Notes: generated by a model from the sequence alone, not told the origin. A stretch of 37,471 nt of DNA from Helicobacteraceae bacterium (GCA_031275395.1 JAISOU010000015.1:1-37471), one strand, 5' to 3'. Positions 18,578-30,595 are shown, counted from the stretch's first letter. Translations and numbers: made by a program.

Positions 18578-20089
18578 GTGGCGTTAAAAACGGAAGAGAT
18601 TAGCGCGATCATTCGCGATCGGATTGAAAATTACGAGCTTAAGCTCGACATTCAAGAGGTGGGCAAAGTCGTTTCTATAGCGGACGGCATCGCTAAAGTA
18701 TATGGCTTGAAAAACATTATGGCGGAAGAGATCGTCGAGTTTGAGGGCGGCGAAAAGGGCTTGGCTCTGAACCTTGACGAGGATAGCGTAGGTATCGTGG
18801 TTTTGGGCAAGGCGGCGGATATTATCGAGGGGACGGCGGTAAAACGCACGGGCAAGTTGCTTTCCGCTCCCGTCGGCGACGGTATGATCGGGCGCGTCGT
18901 AAATGCGCTTGGCGAGCCAATCGACGGCAAAGGACCAATCGAGGCGGCGAAAATCCGCTTTGTCGAGGAAAAAGCGCCCGGTATTATGGCGAGAAAATCC
19001 GTTCATGAGCCGCTACAAACGGGTATAAAGGCGATCGACGCTTTAGTTCCGATCGGACGCGGACAGCGCGAACTGATCATCGGCGATCGTCAGACTGGTA
19101 AAACGACCGTCGCGGTGGATACGATTATCAGCCAAAAAGGGCAAGACGTAGTCTGTATTTATGTGGCTATCGGTCAAAAGCAAAGCACCGTCGCTCAGGT
19201 CGTCCGTCGTTTGGAAGAACACGGTTCTATGGAATATACGATCGTCGTTAGCGCCGCAGCGAGCGAATCGGCGGCTATGCAGTATCTCGCGCCCTATACG
19301 GGCGTTACGATGGGCGAGTATTTCCGCGACAGCTCTCGACACGCCCTGATCGTCTATGACGATCTGTCTAAACACGCGGTCGCTTACCGTGAAATGTCGC
19401 TTCTTTTACGCCGTCCCCCCGGGCGCGAAGCTTTCCCCGGCGACGTTTTCTATCTACATTCGCGTTTATTGGAGCGCGCCGCAAAGATGAGCGACGCAAA
19501 AGGCGCGGGCAGTTTGACGGCGTTACCGATCGTTGAAACGCAAGCGGGCGACGTTTCGGCGTATATTCCCACAAACGTTATTTCAATTACCGACGGGCAG
19601 ATATTCCTTGAAACCGATCTGTTTAACTCCGGCGTTCGCCCCGCGATCAACGTGGGCATTTCCGTTTCTCGCGTAGGCGGCGCGGCGCAGATCAAAGCTA
19701 TGAAACAGGTCGCGGGATCGCTTAAGGGCGACTTGGCGCAATTTAGAGAGTTGCAGGCGTTTAGCCAATTTGCCAGCGATCTGGACGAGGTGAGCCGAAA
19801 ACAGCTTGAACGCGGGCAAAAGATGGTCGAAACGCTTAAACAGCCGCCATACTCTCCGATTGCGATCGAAAAGCAGGTCGCCGTTATTTTCGCGGCTTCC
19901 AAAGGGTTTTTGGACGGCGTTCCCGCAAACGCCGTCAATCGTTTTGAAGCGGAGTTGTATCCGTTCTTAGAGGCAAAATATCCGCATATTTTGGAGGCTA
20001 TCCGTTCCAAAAAGCAAATCGACAAAGATAGCGAAGCGGAATTAAGGAAGGCGTTGGAAGATTTCCTAAGCGTCTTTAGCGCGAATTAA
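18578..20089 (+). CDS. atpA: F1 ATP synthase subunit alpha
   Basis: GDRQTGKT Walker A and hallmark alpha-subunit blocks. GTG start with an aaagggg RBS. Confidence 0.95.
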   Translation: MALKTEEISAIIRDRIENYELKLDIQEVGKVVSIADGIAKVYGLKNIMAEEIVEFEGGEKGLALNLDEDSVGIVVLGKAADIIEGTAVKRTGKLLSAPVGDGMIGRVVNALGEPIDGKGPIEAAKIRFVEEKAPGIMARKSVHEPLQTGIKAIDALVPIGRGQRELIIGDRQTGKTTVAVDTIISQKGQDVVCIYVAIGQKQSTVAQVVRRLEEHGSMEYTIVVSAAASESAAMQYLAPYTGVTMGEYFRDSSRHALIVYDDLSKHAVAYREMSLLLRRPPGREAFPGDVFYLHSRLLERAAKMSDAKGAGSLTALPIVETQAGDVSAYIPTNVISITDGQIFLETDLFNSGVRPAINVGISVSRVGGAAQIKAMKQVAGSLKGDLAQFRELQAFSQFASDLDEVSRKQLERGQKMVETLKQPPYSPIAIEKQVAVIFAASKGFLDGVPANAVNRFEAELYPFLEAKYPHILEAIRSKKQIDKDSEAELRKALEDFLSVFSAN

Positions 20090-20098
20090 GGTTGAAAT

Positions 20099-22419
<2,321 letters not shown>

Positions 22420-22431
22420 AAAGGAGACGCG

Positions 22432-22824
22432 ATGAGCGTTTTACATCTTGAAGTGATCACGCCGCTAGGCAAGGTTTTTGCGGGCGACGTTAAAAGCGTA
22501 ACCCTACCGGGCGCGGACGGGGAGTTTGGCGTGTTGCCCCATCACGCCTCGCTAGTTTCGCTTCTTTCGGCGGGCGTGATCGACATACAAAAACAGGACG
22601 ATCGTATCGAAAGCATAGCGATCGACGCGGGTTACGCGGAGATCGCGGCGGATAAGATGATCGTATTAGTAGACGGCGCCGTGCCGATCAAAGGCGAAAG
22701 CGAAGGCGAGGTCGCTAAAGCTCTTGACGCGGCTAAGCAACTTTTGCGCGAGGCGCACGATTCGCGTTTGCTGCTTTCCGCCGTGGAGTCGCGTATCGAA
22801 ACGACGGCTCGTTCGCAAGTTTAG
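22432..22824 (+). CDS. atpC: F1 ATP synthase subunit epsilon
   Basis: 130 aa. Position and the typical N-terminal beta-sandwich sequence. Confidence 0.85.
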   Translation: MSVLHLEVITPLGKVFAGDVKSVTLPGADGEFGVLPHHASLVSLLSAGVIDIQKQDDRIESIAIDAGYAEIAADKMIVLVDGAVPIKGESEGEVAKALDAAKQLLREAHDSRLLLSAVESRIETTARSQV

Positions 22825-22833
22825 GGGGCGAAG

Positions 22834-23376
22834 TTGATAGCGTGGATTGATAAAGCCGGAACGGTCGCCGTGGTCGTCGCGGTTTGGCTCTTTGTATATT
22901 TGGCGTTAGTGGTGTGGATCTTTCTATACCGCTATTTTGTGCTGAGGGGTTGGGCGAAGCGCGAAAACAGCTCCGTTCAATCGCTTCTTGGCGGCGCGGA
23001 ACGCCCAAACTTTGATTCGTCGCTCTATCCGTGCGTGCGGCAGAGTTTCGGACCGGAGCTTATGAAGGCATGTTACGAATCGGCTACAAAAGATTCCACC
23101 AAACTTTTGACCTCGATTAGCGCGATCGCTTCGACCGCTCCGTTCGTGGGTCTATTTGGAACGATCGTCGGTATTTTGCAGGCTTTCGCGGGTTTTAGCG
23201 AAGGCGTTACGCTCTCTACCGTAGCGCCCGCAATCAGCGAGGCGTTGGTCGTAACCGCTATGGGAATCGTCGTGGCGATCCCCGCCTATTGGACGCACCT
23301 GTTACTAAAGCGAAAGGCTTACGAAGTAACAAACGCGATTAAAGTCCAAATAGATATTTTATTGTCGCGTACGTAG
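22834..23376 (+). CDS. tolQ: MotA/TolQ/ExbB-family proton channel (Tol-Pal system)
   Basis: 180 aa with 3 TM segments. Immediately followed by an ExbD/TolR-type gene, then tolB and pal. TTG start after a ggggg RBS. Confidence 0.8.
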   Translation: MIAWIDKAGTVAVVVAVWLFVYLALVVWIFLYRYFVLRGWAKRENSSVQSLLGGAERPNFDSSLYPCVRQSFGPELMKACYESATKDSTKLLTSISAIASTAPFVGLFGTIVGILQAFAGFSEGVTLSTVAPAISEALVVTAMGIVVAIPAYWTHLLLKRKAYEVTNAIKVQIDILLSRT

Positions 23377-23378
23377 CT

Positions 23379-23768
23379 ATGGATTGGGACGAAAAACCTG
23401 AAATAAACATTACGCCTCTTGTAGACGTAATGTTGGTGTTGGTGGCGATTTTAATGCTTACTATGCCTATGCTTCTTTTTGAAGAGAGGATCGCCGTCCC
23501 CAAGGGAAGCAAACAGGCTCCGATCGGCGAAAGCGCGTCGATCGTGATCAGGATTGACGCGAAAAAAGACGTTTGGGTGGGCAAGCAAAAGTTTGAGTTT
23601 GAATCGTTTCCCGATAGCTTTATGCTCTACTCAAATCAGTTTCCAGATCGGACGCATAAGGTGCTGATCGCCGCCGACGGCGATATAAACTACAAAGATA
23701 TAGTCTATATCTTAAAGAGCGTCAAAGCGGCACGATTTACTCAGATCGCGTTAGTTACCAATGGATGA
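23379..23768 (+). CDS. tolR: ExbD/TolR-family protein
   Basis: 129 aa. N-terminal INITPLVDVMLVLV is the ExbD/TolR signature. Confidence 0.85.
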   Translation: MDWDEKPEINITPLVDVMLVLVAILMLTMPMLLFEERIAVPKGSKQAPIGESASIVIRIDAKKDVWVGKQKFEFESFPDSFMLYSNQFPDRTHKVLIAADGDINYKDIVYILKSVKAARFTQIALVTNG

Positions 23769-24489
23769 AAGAGGTTCTCCGGGTTGGCTTTGCTTAAGCG
23801 GGGCAATCTCGTTTGCGATCAGCGCGGCATTTTTCGCCGGACTGCTCTCTTATCTGTTATACCGCGCTCCCGTTTTTTCTTTCTCGCCTAGCGAGCTTTG
23901 GGAAGATTTTGAGATCGACGAGGCGTGGCTTAAAGATCTGAGCGTTCAGCAGGTAGATCTGGTAGACGAGGTAGGCGAGTTAAAAGACGATCGGGCTTCG
24001 CCGCAAAAGAGCGTCGCGGAGAGCGTGAAAGAGCTTTTTGGCGAAAGCAACTCTACGGCTAAACCGGAGGAGCTTTTAACGCAGGTAACGCCGATCGTAG
24101 GCAGAGTGGCGCTTCCCGATTTCAAACTCGACGACGCGCGCGACGTGAAAAAGCCCGATCTAGCGGCGTTTAAGGCGCTTAATACGTCGAAGCCTTCCGC
24201 GCAAGAAACGGCGGCGCAAAAAACGTTGGAGGCGCGTTACTACAAAGAGATTTACAAACGCCTTTACAACGCGTGGCAGATTAGGAATAGCGATTTAGGT
24301 AGAATGGCGCGTATCGAGATGCGCGTCGATCGCGGCGGCGAGTTTACCTATCGTATTGTCAGCGCGCCGGACGATCCCTCTTATAGAGAGCGTCTGATCG
24401 CGGCTTTGGAGATAGCGAAACAATCGACGCTGGAACCGCCGCCCAGAGCGCTAACGTTAAATATCAATTTTCAGGTTAAGGAGGAGTAG
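23761..24489 (+). CDS. TonB/TolA-family energy transducer
   Basis: 242 aa with an N-terminal membrane anchor, a charged linker and a C-terminal TonB-like domain. It overlaps tolR by 8 nt. Confidence 0.55.
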   Translation: MDERGSPGWLCLSGAISFAISAAFFAGLLSYLLYRAPVFSFSPSELWEDFEIDEAWLKDLSVQQVDLVDEVGELKDDRASPQKSVAESVKELFGESNSTAKPEELLTQVTPIVGRVALPDFKLDDARDVKKPDLAAFKALNTSKPSAQETAAQKTLEARYYKEIYKRLYNAWQIRNSDLGRMARIEMRVDRGGEFTYRIVSAPDDPSYRERLIAALEIAKQSTLEPPPRALTLNINFQVKEE

Positions 24490-24492
24490 CAA

Positions 24493-25767
24493 ATGCGTTC
24501 GTTTCTTGCGTGTTTATTTTTGTCGATCGGGCTTTTTGCCGCCGACGCTACGTTGACGATCACCAAAACGGTGCCGACGCCGTTTAATATCGTGGTTGAA
24601 TCTAAAACGGGCGGCGCTTCGCAGCTTGATAAGGCGGTTGGCAACTCGATCAGAGTCGATCTGACGACGGCGGGATTTTTCAACGTATTGAAGTCGCCCG
24701 AAGGTTCTAGCGCTTCTCTGCCTTTTGATAGCCAAATCTATCAAAAAGCCGGATTGCACTACATTTTACGTTACGAGCTTTCTATCAAGGATACTCAACT
24801 TCGTATGCAGGCGCAAGTATATGACGTGAAGGCGAAAAAGATTCTCTTTTCGACGAAAGATCCATATACGGTTACCAACGCCAACAACCGTCACGTCTTT
24901 TTGGCGCATCATTTGATTATGGATCTAGCCGACAAAATGGGAGTCGGCGGTTTGGATTGGATGAATCGTTACGTGATCTTAGCGCGACAGACGGGCAAAA
25001 AAGAGACGGAGATTCTGATCGCGGATTATACGCTCCAATTTCGCCAACGCATTGTGCGCGGCGGTTTTAACGTCTTTCCAAAATGGGCGGATAGCAAACA
25101 GACTACTTTTTACTACACCCATTACGAAAAGAAGCCCACGCTCTATAAGGTCGAGCTAAAAACGGGAATCAAGACGAAAATTTTAGAGAGCGAGGGCATG
25201 TTGGTATGCTCCGACGTAAGCAAGGACGGGCGAAAACTCCTGCTAACTATGGCGGATAACGATCAGCCCGATATTTACGAATACGACACGATAACCCGCA
25301 AAAAAACGCGGCTGACGAACTTTAGAGGTATCGACGTTAATGGACGCTACCTCGAAAACGACTCGTCGTTTGTTTTCGTAACCGATCGGTTGGGCTATCC
25401 GGAGATTTTTTACGCCAAGATCGCCAACCCTGAAAACGCCGAGCAGTTTATATTTAAGGGGCGCAACAACAACTATATTACCACTTGCGGCGATAGGGCG
25501 GTTTTTGTTAGCCGCGATACGGCGAGCGCGTTTGAGAACAACACCTTTAACCTCTATCTTGTCTCGACGAAAAGCAACTATATGAGACAGCTTACCGCGA
25601 CGGGCAAGAACAACTTTCCGCGGTTTTCAAGGACGTGCGACACGATTCTGCACACTAAAGAGATCAGGCGAAACAAAGAGGGAGCGCTTGCCGTTATACG
25701 TTTAGACTATAATAAAGCGCCGTTTATGCCTACGTTGGAAGGTTCGATTCAGTCGTTTGACTGGTAG
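24493..25767 (+). CDS. tolB: Tol-Pal system beta-propeller protein TolB
   Basis: 424 aa with a signal peptide, an N-terminal TolB domain and C-terminal WD-like repeats. Confidence 0.85.
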   Translation: MRSFLACLFLSIGLFAADATLTITKTVPTPFNIVVESKTGGASQLDKAVGNSIRVDLTTAGFFNVLKSPEGSSASLPFDSQIYQKAGLHYILRYELSIKDTQLRMQAQVYDVKAKKILFSTKDPYTVTNANNRHVFLAHHLIMDLADKMGVGGLDWMNRYVILARQTGKKETEILIADYTLQFRQRIVRGGFNVFPKWADSKQTTFYYTHYEKKPTLYKVELKTGIKTKILESEGMLVCSDVSKDGRKLLLTMADNDQPDIYEYDTITRKKTRLTNFRGIDVNGRYLENDSSFVFVTDRLGYPEIFYAKIANPENAEQFIFKGRNNNYITTCGDRAVFVSRDTASAFENNTFNLYLVSTKSNYMRQLTATGKNNFPRFSRTCDTILHTKEIRRNKEGALAVIRLDYNKAPFMPTLEGSIQSFDW

Positions 25768-25836
25768 TTTTTCAACATACTTTAACAAGTTATTAGGTAT
25801 GATATACGGTTGTCAATTCATAAAAGGAGTAAGGGG

Positions 25837-26367
25837 ATGAAGAAGCTCATCTTCACAGGGATTCTGGCTACGACGTTAATCGCGCTAGCCGGCTGCGGTA
25901 GCAAGGCCGAAGTAGTGCCGAGCGAAGAAACTACGACGACGGAAGAAGATACTACGACCGTCGAAGACGGCGACGAAGTAACGACGGAAGGCGTCGAAGA
26001 GCTTGAAGGCGACGAGGATACCGCTACGTATAGCGGCGAAAAATTGCCGGTAGTCTATTTCGACTTTGACCGCTTTGAAATTCGCGCCGATCAACAAGAC
26101 TCGATCAGCGATATCGCAAGCGCGGTTTCAGGCGGCGGCGCAACCTTTAGAATCGAAGGCAACTGCGACGAGTGGGGCACGGAGGAGTATAACTACGCTC
26201 TTGGTCTTAAAAGAGCGAAAAGCGTTCAAGACGCGCTTGTTAGAGCAGGAGTTAGCGAATCGCAACTTACTTTGATTAGCTACGGCGAATCTAATCCGGT
26301 CTGCGCGCAAAGCAACGCTAACTGCTGGCGCGAAAATCGTCGCGTAGAAGTAACCGTTCTACCGTAA
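25837..26367 (+). CDS. pal: Peptidoglycan-associated lipoprotein Pal (OmpA-like C-terminal domain) with an acidic T/E/D-rich linker
   Basis: MKKLIFTGILATTLIALAGC lipobox, OmpA domain (YFDFDRF..., NRRVEV). The ATG at 25837 has an aaggag RBS. The in-frame ATG at 25810 used by the ORF track is less likely. Confidence 0.85.
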   Translation: MKKLIFTGILATTLIALAGCGSKAEVVPSEETTTTEEDTTTVEDGDEVTTEGVEELEGDEDTATYSGEKLPVVYFDFDRFEIRADQQDSISDIASAVSGGGATFRIEGNCDEWGTEEYNYALGLKRAKSVQDALVRAGVSESQLTLISYGESNPVCAQSNANCWRENRRVEVTVLP

Positions 26368-26376
26368 ATCGGATAG

Positions 26377-27261
26377 ATGCGTTACATACTCGCATTTGTT
26401 TTGTCGGTGGGCTTGGCGGCATTAGCCGCCGCCGAGCCTTCCGCTTTTAGGGCTGGAAACGTCAATGGCGGCGGAGCGTATGGGCTTACCGAAGCCGAAA
26501 AAACCATTCGCGCCAACAAACAGACAATCGATCGACTTGAAAAGCGCGTTTTTGCTTTAGAGCAACAGATCGAAAGATTGAGCGAGCTTGTCGAGGGAAT
26601 GAGCGCCACAAATAAATCTAACGGCGAAGCGATCGTCGCTTTAAGACGAAGCGCCACTAGCCTAGAGGAGCTTGCGAAGCAAATTACCGACGCTGAAGCA
26701 AAAAACAAAAAGCAACTAGACGGCTTGGGAACGCGTCAAGACTCTCTTGAAAAACAGGTCAATAAAGCCTTAACGGATCAGGCGAAAAATCAGGAAAAAC
26801 TCGCTAAAGCAATTGAATCGAGCGCGTCAAAAGCGCAACTTGAAAGGGCGGTAAAAGTCCTTAGCGGAGTCGCGCCGAACTTTGATAACGAACAGCCCGA
26901 CGCGGTTTTAAGCGAAGCCAGAAAGTTAATCGAGGCGAAAGATTACGACGGGGCTTACGATCGGGTAAGCTATTTGATTGGCAAGCAACACAAGACCGCC
27001 GAATCCACCTTTTATCTTGGAACAATCTACTACTTCCAAGAGGACAACGAGAAAGCGTTAGATGCGTTTAAGTCAAGCGCAAATCTTGATAGCGCGGCAA
27101 AATATATGCCCGTGCTTTTCTACTATTCAGGTATCTGCCACGAACGGCTTAAAAATAACGCCGACGCGCGCAAGTTTTACGAAACGTTAATCAAACTTTA
27201 CCCCGATCATAACACGATCGAAGGCGCGAAAAAGCGTTTAGCCAAACTTCCGCAAACTTAA
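26377..27261 (+). CDS. cpoB: CpoB/YbgF-like periplasmic protein (coiled coil plus TPR)
   Basis: Signal peptide, an N-terminal coiled coil and C-terminal TPR repeats (YYFQEDNEKALDAF...). It is the last gene of the tol-pal cluster. Confidence 0.65.
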   Translation: MRYILAFVLSVGLAALAAAEPSAFRAGNVNGGGAYGLTEAEKTIRANKQTIDRLEKRVFALEQQIERLSELVEGMSATNKSNGEAIVALRRSATSLEELAKQITDAEAKNKKQLDGLGTRQDSLEKQVNKALTDQAKNQEKLAKAIESSASKAQLERAVKVLSGVAPNFDNEQPDAVLSEARKLIEAKDYDGAYDRVSYLIGKQHKTAESTFYLGTIYYFQEDNEKALDAFKSSANLDSAAKYMPVLFYYSGICHERLKNNADARKFYETLIKLYPDHNTIEGAKKRLAKLPQT

Positions 27262-27363
27262 AAACTAATTTTTTCTTTATTATTCCGCGTACGTTTAACG
27301 AATAAGTATCATTTATTCCGCCCAATTAGGCGCGGCAAATAAGTCGACGGCGTTAAGATTTAG

Positions 27364-27881
27364 CTATTTTGCTTCTTCTTCGTTTGCGTTAGCTATAAAC
27401 TTTTTATGCAGTTCGTTGATATGAATAGCCGCCTGTCGTCCGTTAAAAACGCTACCCATTATAATCTCGCTATCTTTTGTAAATCTATGCGCGACTCGAA
27501 CGTTATAAGTTTTTAAAATCCAACTGAAAAAACTAGGATAATACGATGCGGTATCAATATCTCTCCATTTAACGCCTGAAGCGCCTTTAGACCAAGGTAG
27601 TATGCCGCTATACTTCCACACTCCGTCGTTATCGGTATACAAACTAAAACTTCTTAAATATAAAAGGTTGTAGATAAAAAAAAGAGCGAGGCGATCGAGG
27701 CTAATCCAACTGGCGCCCAAAACGCAATATCGTTAAAAAGTTCCATATGATCTCTTAAAAATTTTATAATCGATCCGAGTCCCTTTTCCTTTAAGTCTTT
27801 TGGCGTCGTTTGATCTAACGCGCCGTCTAACTTGCCCAAAAAGTATGTTAGCTCGTAGTAGACGCCGTATAAAATCGCCAA
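27364..27881 (-). pseudogene. Hypothetical gene split into two overlapping frames at an A8/T8 homopolymer (frameshift or phase-variable)
   Basis: ORFs 27654..27881 and 27364..27720 lie in different frames. The overlap contains an A8 run (27676..27683). A 1-nt change would fuse them into ~170 aa. Confidence 0.4.
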
Positions 27882-28191
27882 CTTAATAGCAAACGCTACG
27901 CATTCCTAGAAATATGCCGTCCATGAAATCTTAAAGCGTTTAATAACGCCGCCTTGCTCGCTCCATACTTCCATTTGACAACCTTTAAGAATATTGTCGT
28001 GTATTCTCTCTAAAATTACCTTAAAAACCGTGAAATCTGCGTCCGCGATCGATGAAAACCCCATTCTTGCGACTTTAGCGTATCGTAGCCATCAATATAA
28101 AAAGACTAAGTTTTAGTTAATTTTCAGCGTCTTACAAGGGCTTTTTTGATACCTTTAGCCGTTTATCTTTAGTTAAAAGAGGAGGGCGATT

Positions 28192-28542
28192 ATGGCAAAC
28201 GCATATCAGGAGGAAAATCTACCAAGTGAGGTTAAGGATTTTCACCGCATTATATCGAGCGCGATGGAGGAGCTAGAGGCGATAGATTTCTACAATCAAC
28301 GCGCCGTCGTCGCAATCGATAGCGAGGCAAAGTCAATCTTTGAACATAACCGCAACGAGGAGATCGAACATTTCGCAATGTGCGTCGAATGGCTTCGGCG
28401 CAATAACGAAGTTTTTGACGAAGCGTTGCGAGGATTTTTGTTTAGCGAAGGCGCGATTATCAACGCCGAAGCGGCATTTACAGGCGGCGATAAAAGCGGC
28501 GGCAATTCTGGCGGCTCGCTTGGCGTCGGTTCGTTGAAGTAG
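28192..28542 (+). CDS. Encapsulated ferritin-like cargo protein (EncFtn/Flp) with C-terminal encapsulin targeting peptide
   Basis: 116 aa. The ferritin-like region EELEAIDFYNQR...HNRNEEIEHFAMCVEWLRRNN matches EncFtn. A flexible G/S linker then ends in GGSLGVGSLK, matching the SLGIGSLK-type cargo-loading peptide. Strong RBS (agaggaggg). Confidence 0.8.
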   Translation: MANAYQEENLPSEVKDFHRIISSAMEELEAIDFYNQRAVVAIDSEAKSIFEHNRNEEIEHFAMCVEWLRRNNEVFDEALRGFLFSEGAIINAEAAFTGGDKSGGNSGGSLGVGSLK

Positions 28543-28553
28543 GGGAGGGCACA

Positions 28554-29348
28554 ATGAGCATTTTGAAACGAAATCTTGCGCCGTTTGGCGGCGAAGTGTG
28601 GGAAGCGATAGGGGAAGAGGCAAAAAAGGTTTTTGAACGCCGTTTAACAAGCCGTAAAATAGCGGATTATGTCGGCGCTAAAGGCTTAGAGTTTGCCGCG
28701 ATCGGCACGGGAAAAACGACGGCGCTAAAAGAAACGTTAGGCGACGTTGCGGTTTATGCTCGCGAGGTTTTGAAGGTTTTAGAGCTTAAAACGAGTTTTG
28801 TCTTAAAACGCGAAGAGATCGATCTGATTGAGCGCGGAGCAAAAGCGTTTGATAATAGCGCGATCGTCGAGGCGGCAAAAGCGTTAAGCGACGCGGAAAA
28901 CTCGATAGTTTTTAACGGCTTTAAAAAAGAGGGGATAGTCGGAATCCTACCCGCTATGACGCAAAAGGCGGTAAAAGCTCAAGGCGACGATATATTGCCC
29001 GCAGTCGCGGAAGCGATTATAGCGTTAAAAGACGAGGGGGTAGAAGGGCCTTATATTCTTGCCGTTCAGCCGCAATACTACGGCAAACTTTTTTCGGTAG
29101 GCGAGGGCTATCCATTAACAAAAAGGCTAAACGAGCTTTTAGACGGCGGCGGAGCGATAAGATCTTCGGCGATTAAAAACGGCGCTATCGTGATCAGCGT
29201 TCGCGGCGGCGATTACGAGATTTTAGGCGGCGCGGATATTTCGCTTGGATTTGAAAAAGAAACGGCGCAAGGCGTCGAACTCTTTTTCTTTGAAACGCTA
29301 ACGTTTCGGGTTAATACTCCGGAAGCCGCAGTTTTATTGCAGTGGTAA
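28554..29348 (+). CDS. Family 1 encapsulin nanocompartment shell protein (HK97 fold, linocin M18-like)
   Basis: 264 aa. The N-terminus ILKRNLAPFGGEVWEAIGEEAKKVFERRLTSRKIADYVG parallels encapsulin N-termini such as T. maritima (FLKRSFAPLTEKQWQEID..A...). Size and position directly after the cargo gene fit. Confidence 0.85.
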   Translation: MSILKRNLAPFGGEVWEAIGEEAKKVFERRLTSRKIADYVGAKGLEFAAIGTGKTTALKETLGDVAVYAREVLKVLELKTSFVLKREEIDLIERGAKAFDNSAIVEAAKALSDAENSIVFNGFKKEGIVGILPAMTQKAVKAQGDDILPAVAEAIIALKDEGVEGPYILAVQPQYYGKLFSVGEGYPLTKRLNELLDGGGAIRSSAIKNGAIVISVRGGDYEILGGADISLGFEKETAQGVELFFFETLTFRVNTPEAAVLLQW

Positions 29349-29359
29349 AATAAAACGAT

Positions 29360-29408
29360 CGCCGCCGATTGACCACTTTTTAAGCGGCAAAGGCGGCGTT
29401 TTGTTTTG
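29360..29408 (+). terminator. Putative rho-independent terminator after the encapsulin gene
   Basis: cgccgcc ... ggcggcg stem followed by ttttgttttg. Confidence 0.4.
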
Positions 29409-29472
29409 TATTGCCACGTCTGGCGGTTCTGTCGGATTTGGACGTTAAAAACGTGAAAAGGAGCGAAAATAA

Positions 29473-29757
29473 AAGGTTACAGAGCTTGCGGCGATCGCCG
29501 CTTTGGTAATTGCGGGAGCGATGATGAGCGGGTGCGCGGGTATGGCTGAAGCATACGGATCGTTGCTTGGTGTTGCTGAATCTAGAGATGAAATCAACGA
29601 GCAAACAATGTTTAACTGCTCATTGATTACCGATTTAACCAAGCAAAACGAATGTAAAGCGGAAGCCAACGTAGCGATTAGAGCGTGCGTAGATAAAGAC
29701 AGTAACAGTCTCTTTATTCGTTCTCGGAAGAAGCCAGACTTTCTTGAAATAGACTAA
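29473..29757 (+). CDS. Small putative lipoprotein (start codon unclear)
   Basis: The frame reads ...AALVIAGAMMSGCAG (lipobox MSGC) followed by a Cys-containing polar body. There is no canonical ATG; TTG at 29503 gives only a short signal peptide. A plausible RBS (aaggag) lies at 29456. Confidence 0.35.
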   Translation, partial: KVTELAAIAALVIAGAMMSGCAGMAEAYGSLLGVAESRDEINEQTMFNCSLITDLTKQNECKAEANVAIRACVDKDSNSLFIRSRKKPDFLEID

Positions 29758-29803
29758 AAATCCTGCGCCAATCATATCGTATTATTGCTAAGCTAACATC
29801 ATA

Positions 29804-29842
29804 ATTCTCCCGATCCATTTTCAAGAGAATGACAATTATGTT
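29804..29842. repeat. 39-bp direct repeat copy 1 (attctcccgatccattttcaagagaatgacaattatgtt), with internal hairpin attctc/gagaat
   Basis: 36/39 identical to 35842..35880; the flanks are unrelated. Confidence 0.6.
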
Positions 29843-29937
29843 GCTCAAAGGACAACTTGTAATTTAAGCTACGATATAGTAAAATATTCATAGCAAAAGA
29901 GGGATTTTTTAACATTCTGTATTCCTTTTTTGTAAGT

Positions 29938-29969
29938 CCTCTCGCTTGCCAAGCGAGAGGCATTTTATT
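29938..29969 (+). terminator. Rho-independent terminator (cctctcgc-ttgccaa-gcgagagg + cattttatt) about 100 nt downstream of DR copy 1
   Basis: Perfect 8-bp GC stem followed by a T-rich tract, on the plus strand only. Confidence 0.5.
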
Positions 29970-30186
29970 AGCGTTTTATCGCAAACTTAAAACCTTCAAA
30001 TCCTTTTTATCGCTATAAGCAATCTGCCAGCAAATAGAGGCTACGCCTAGCGAAATGGCGTATTTTAGCACAATTTGTTCCTTTTGCAAAATCGCTAGTG
30101 CTTGCTAACGACCGCGCTTTACGCTTAAAAAGGGCGCTTCGCGCCGCTTCCGCTTCAATCGCTTTTTGATCTACAGCAGATTTATT

Positions 30187-30420
30187 TGGTTTTATTCCTC
30201 TCATCGTTTCTCTAGCGGCATTATTTCTACGCTTGATTTTGTCTAGTAAAGGGTTTGCGCTTCGCTTCAACGCGCGAGCATAAAACCGTGCGCTTTTGCT
30301 TGCTACGGCAAGCCGTAGAGCAAAAGGAGCAAGATTTATCCCTCTCGCGCTACGCCTTCGGCTTGCCCTTGACAAGCAAAATCTAAGCGTGAGATTTGCC
30401 GCAATCGAAACGATGAGCGG
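30187..30420. repeat. Left arm of a ~235-bp inverted repeat pair (~95% identity) flanking the DUF4160/DUF2442 cassette
   Basis: Reverse complement of 30187..30420 aligns to 31144..31378 with few mismatches (e.g. ccgctcatcgtttcgattgcggcaaatctc...cttgctccttttgctctacggcttgccgtagcaagcaaaagcgca). Confidence 0.8.
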
Positions 30421-30538
30421 AAAACGATCGCAAGTGGGCGATAAACTGTAATGATAATATATGTTTATAATATGTGATTTATATGTTTTGAATATGCTTA
30501 AAATATGGTTAAAATGTATAAAATAAACATATAAGCGC

Positions 30539-30567
30539 TTGACAACTGGACGAGAATTTGCTAGAAT
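30539..30567 (+). promoter_or_regulatory. Near-consensus sigma70-type promoter TTGACA-N17-TAGAAT upstream of the DUF4160 gene, preceded by five ATATG repeats phased at ~11 bp (30459..30508)
   Basis: ttgaca at 30539..30544, a 17-nt spacer, tagaat at 30562..30567, then aaaaaggag RBS and ATG 30596. Phased (A)ATATG motifs sit at 30459, 30470, 30481, 30492 and 30504. Confidence 0.5.
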
Positions 30568-30595
30568 AATACAATATAAAAAGGAGATTAGCGGT

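Noticed and set aside
30013-30375. 120-aa minus-strand ORF, and its mirror 66-aa plus-strand ORF at 31159..31359, with Arg/Ala-rich translations (ARGINLAPFALRLAVASKSARFYARAL)
   Set aside because: Both lie entirely within the two arms of the inverted repeat and read outward. They are low-complexity translations of the same repeated DNA, with no RBS. I treat them as non-coding repeat sequence.
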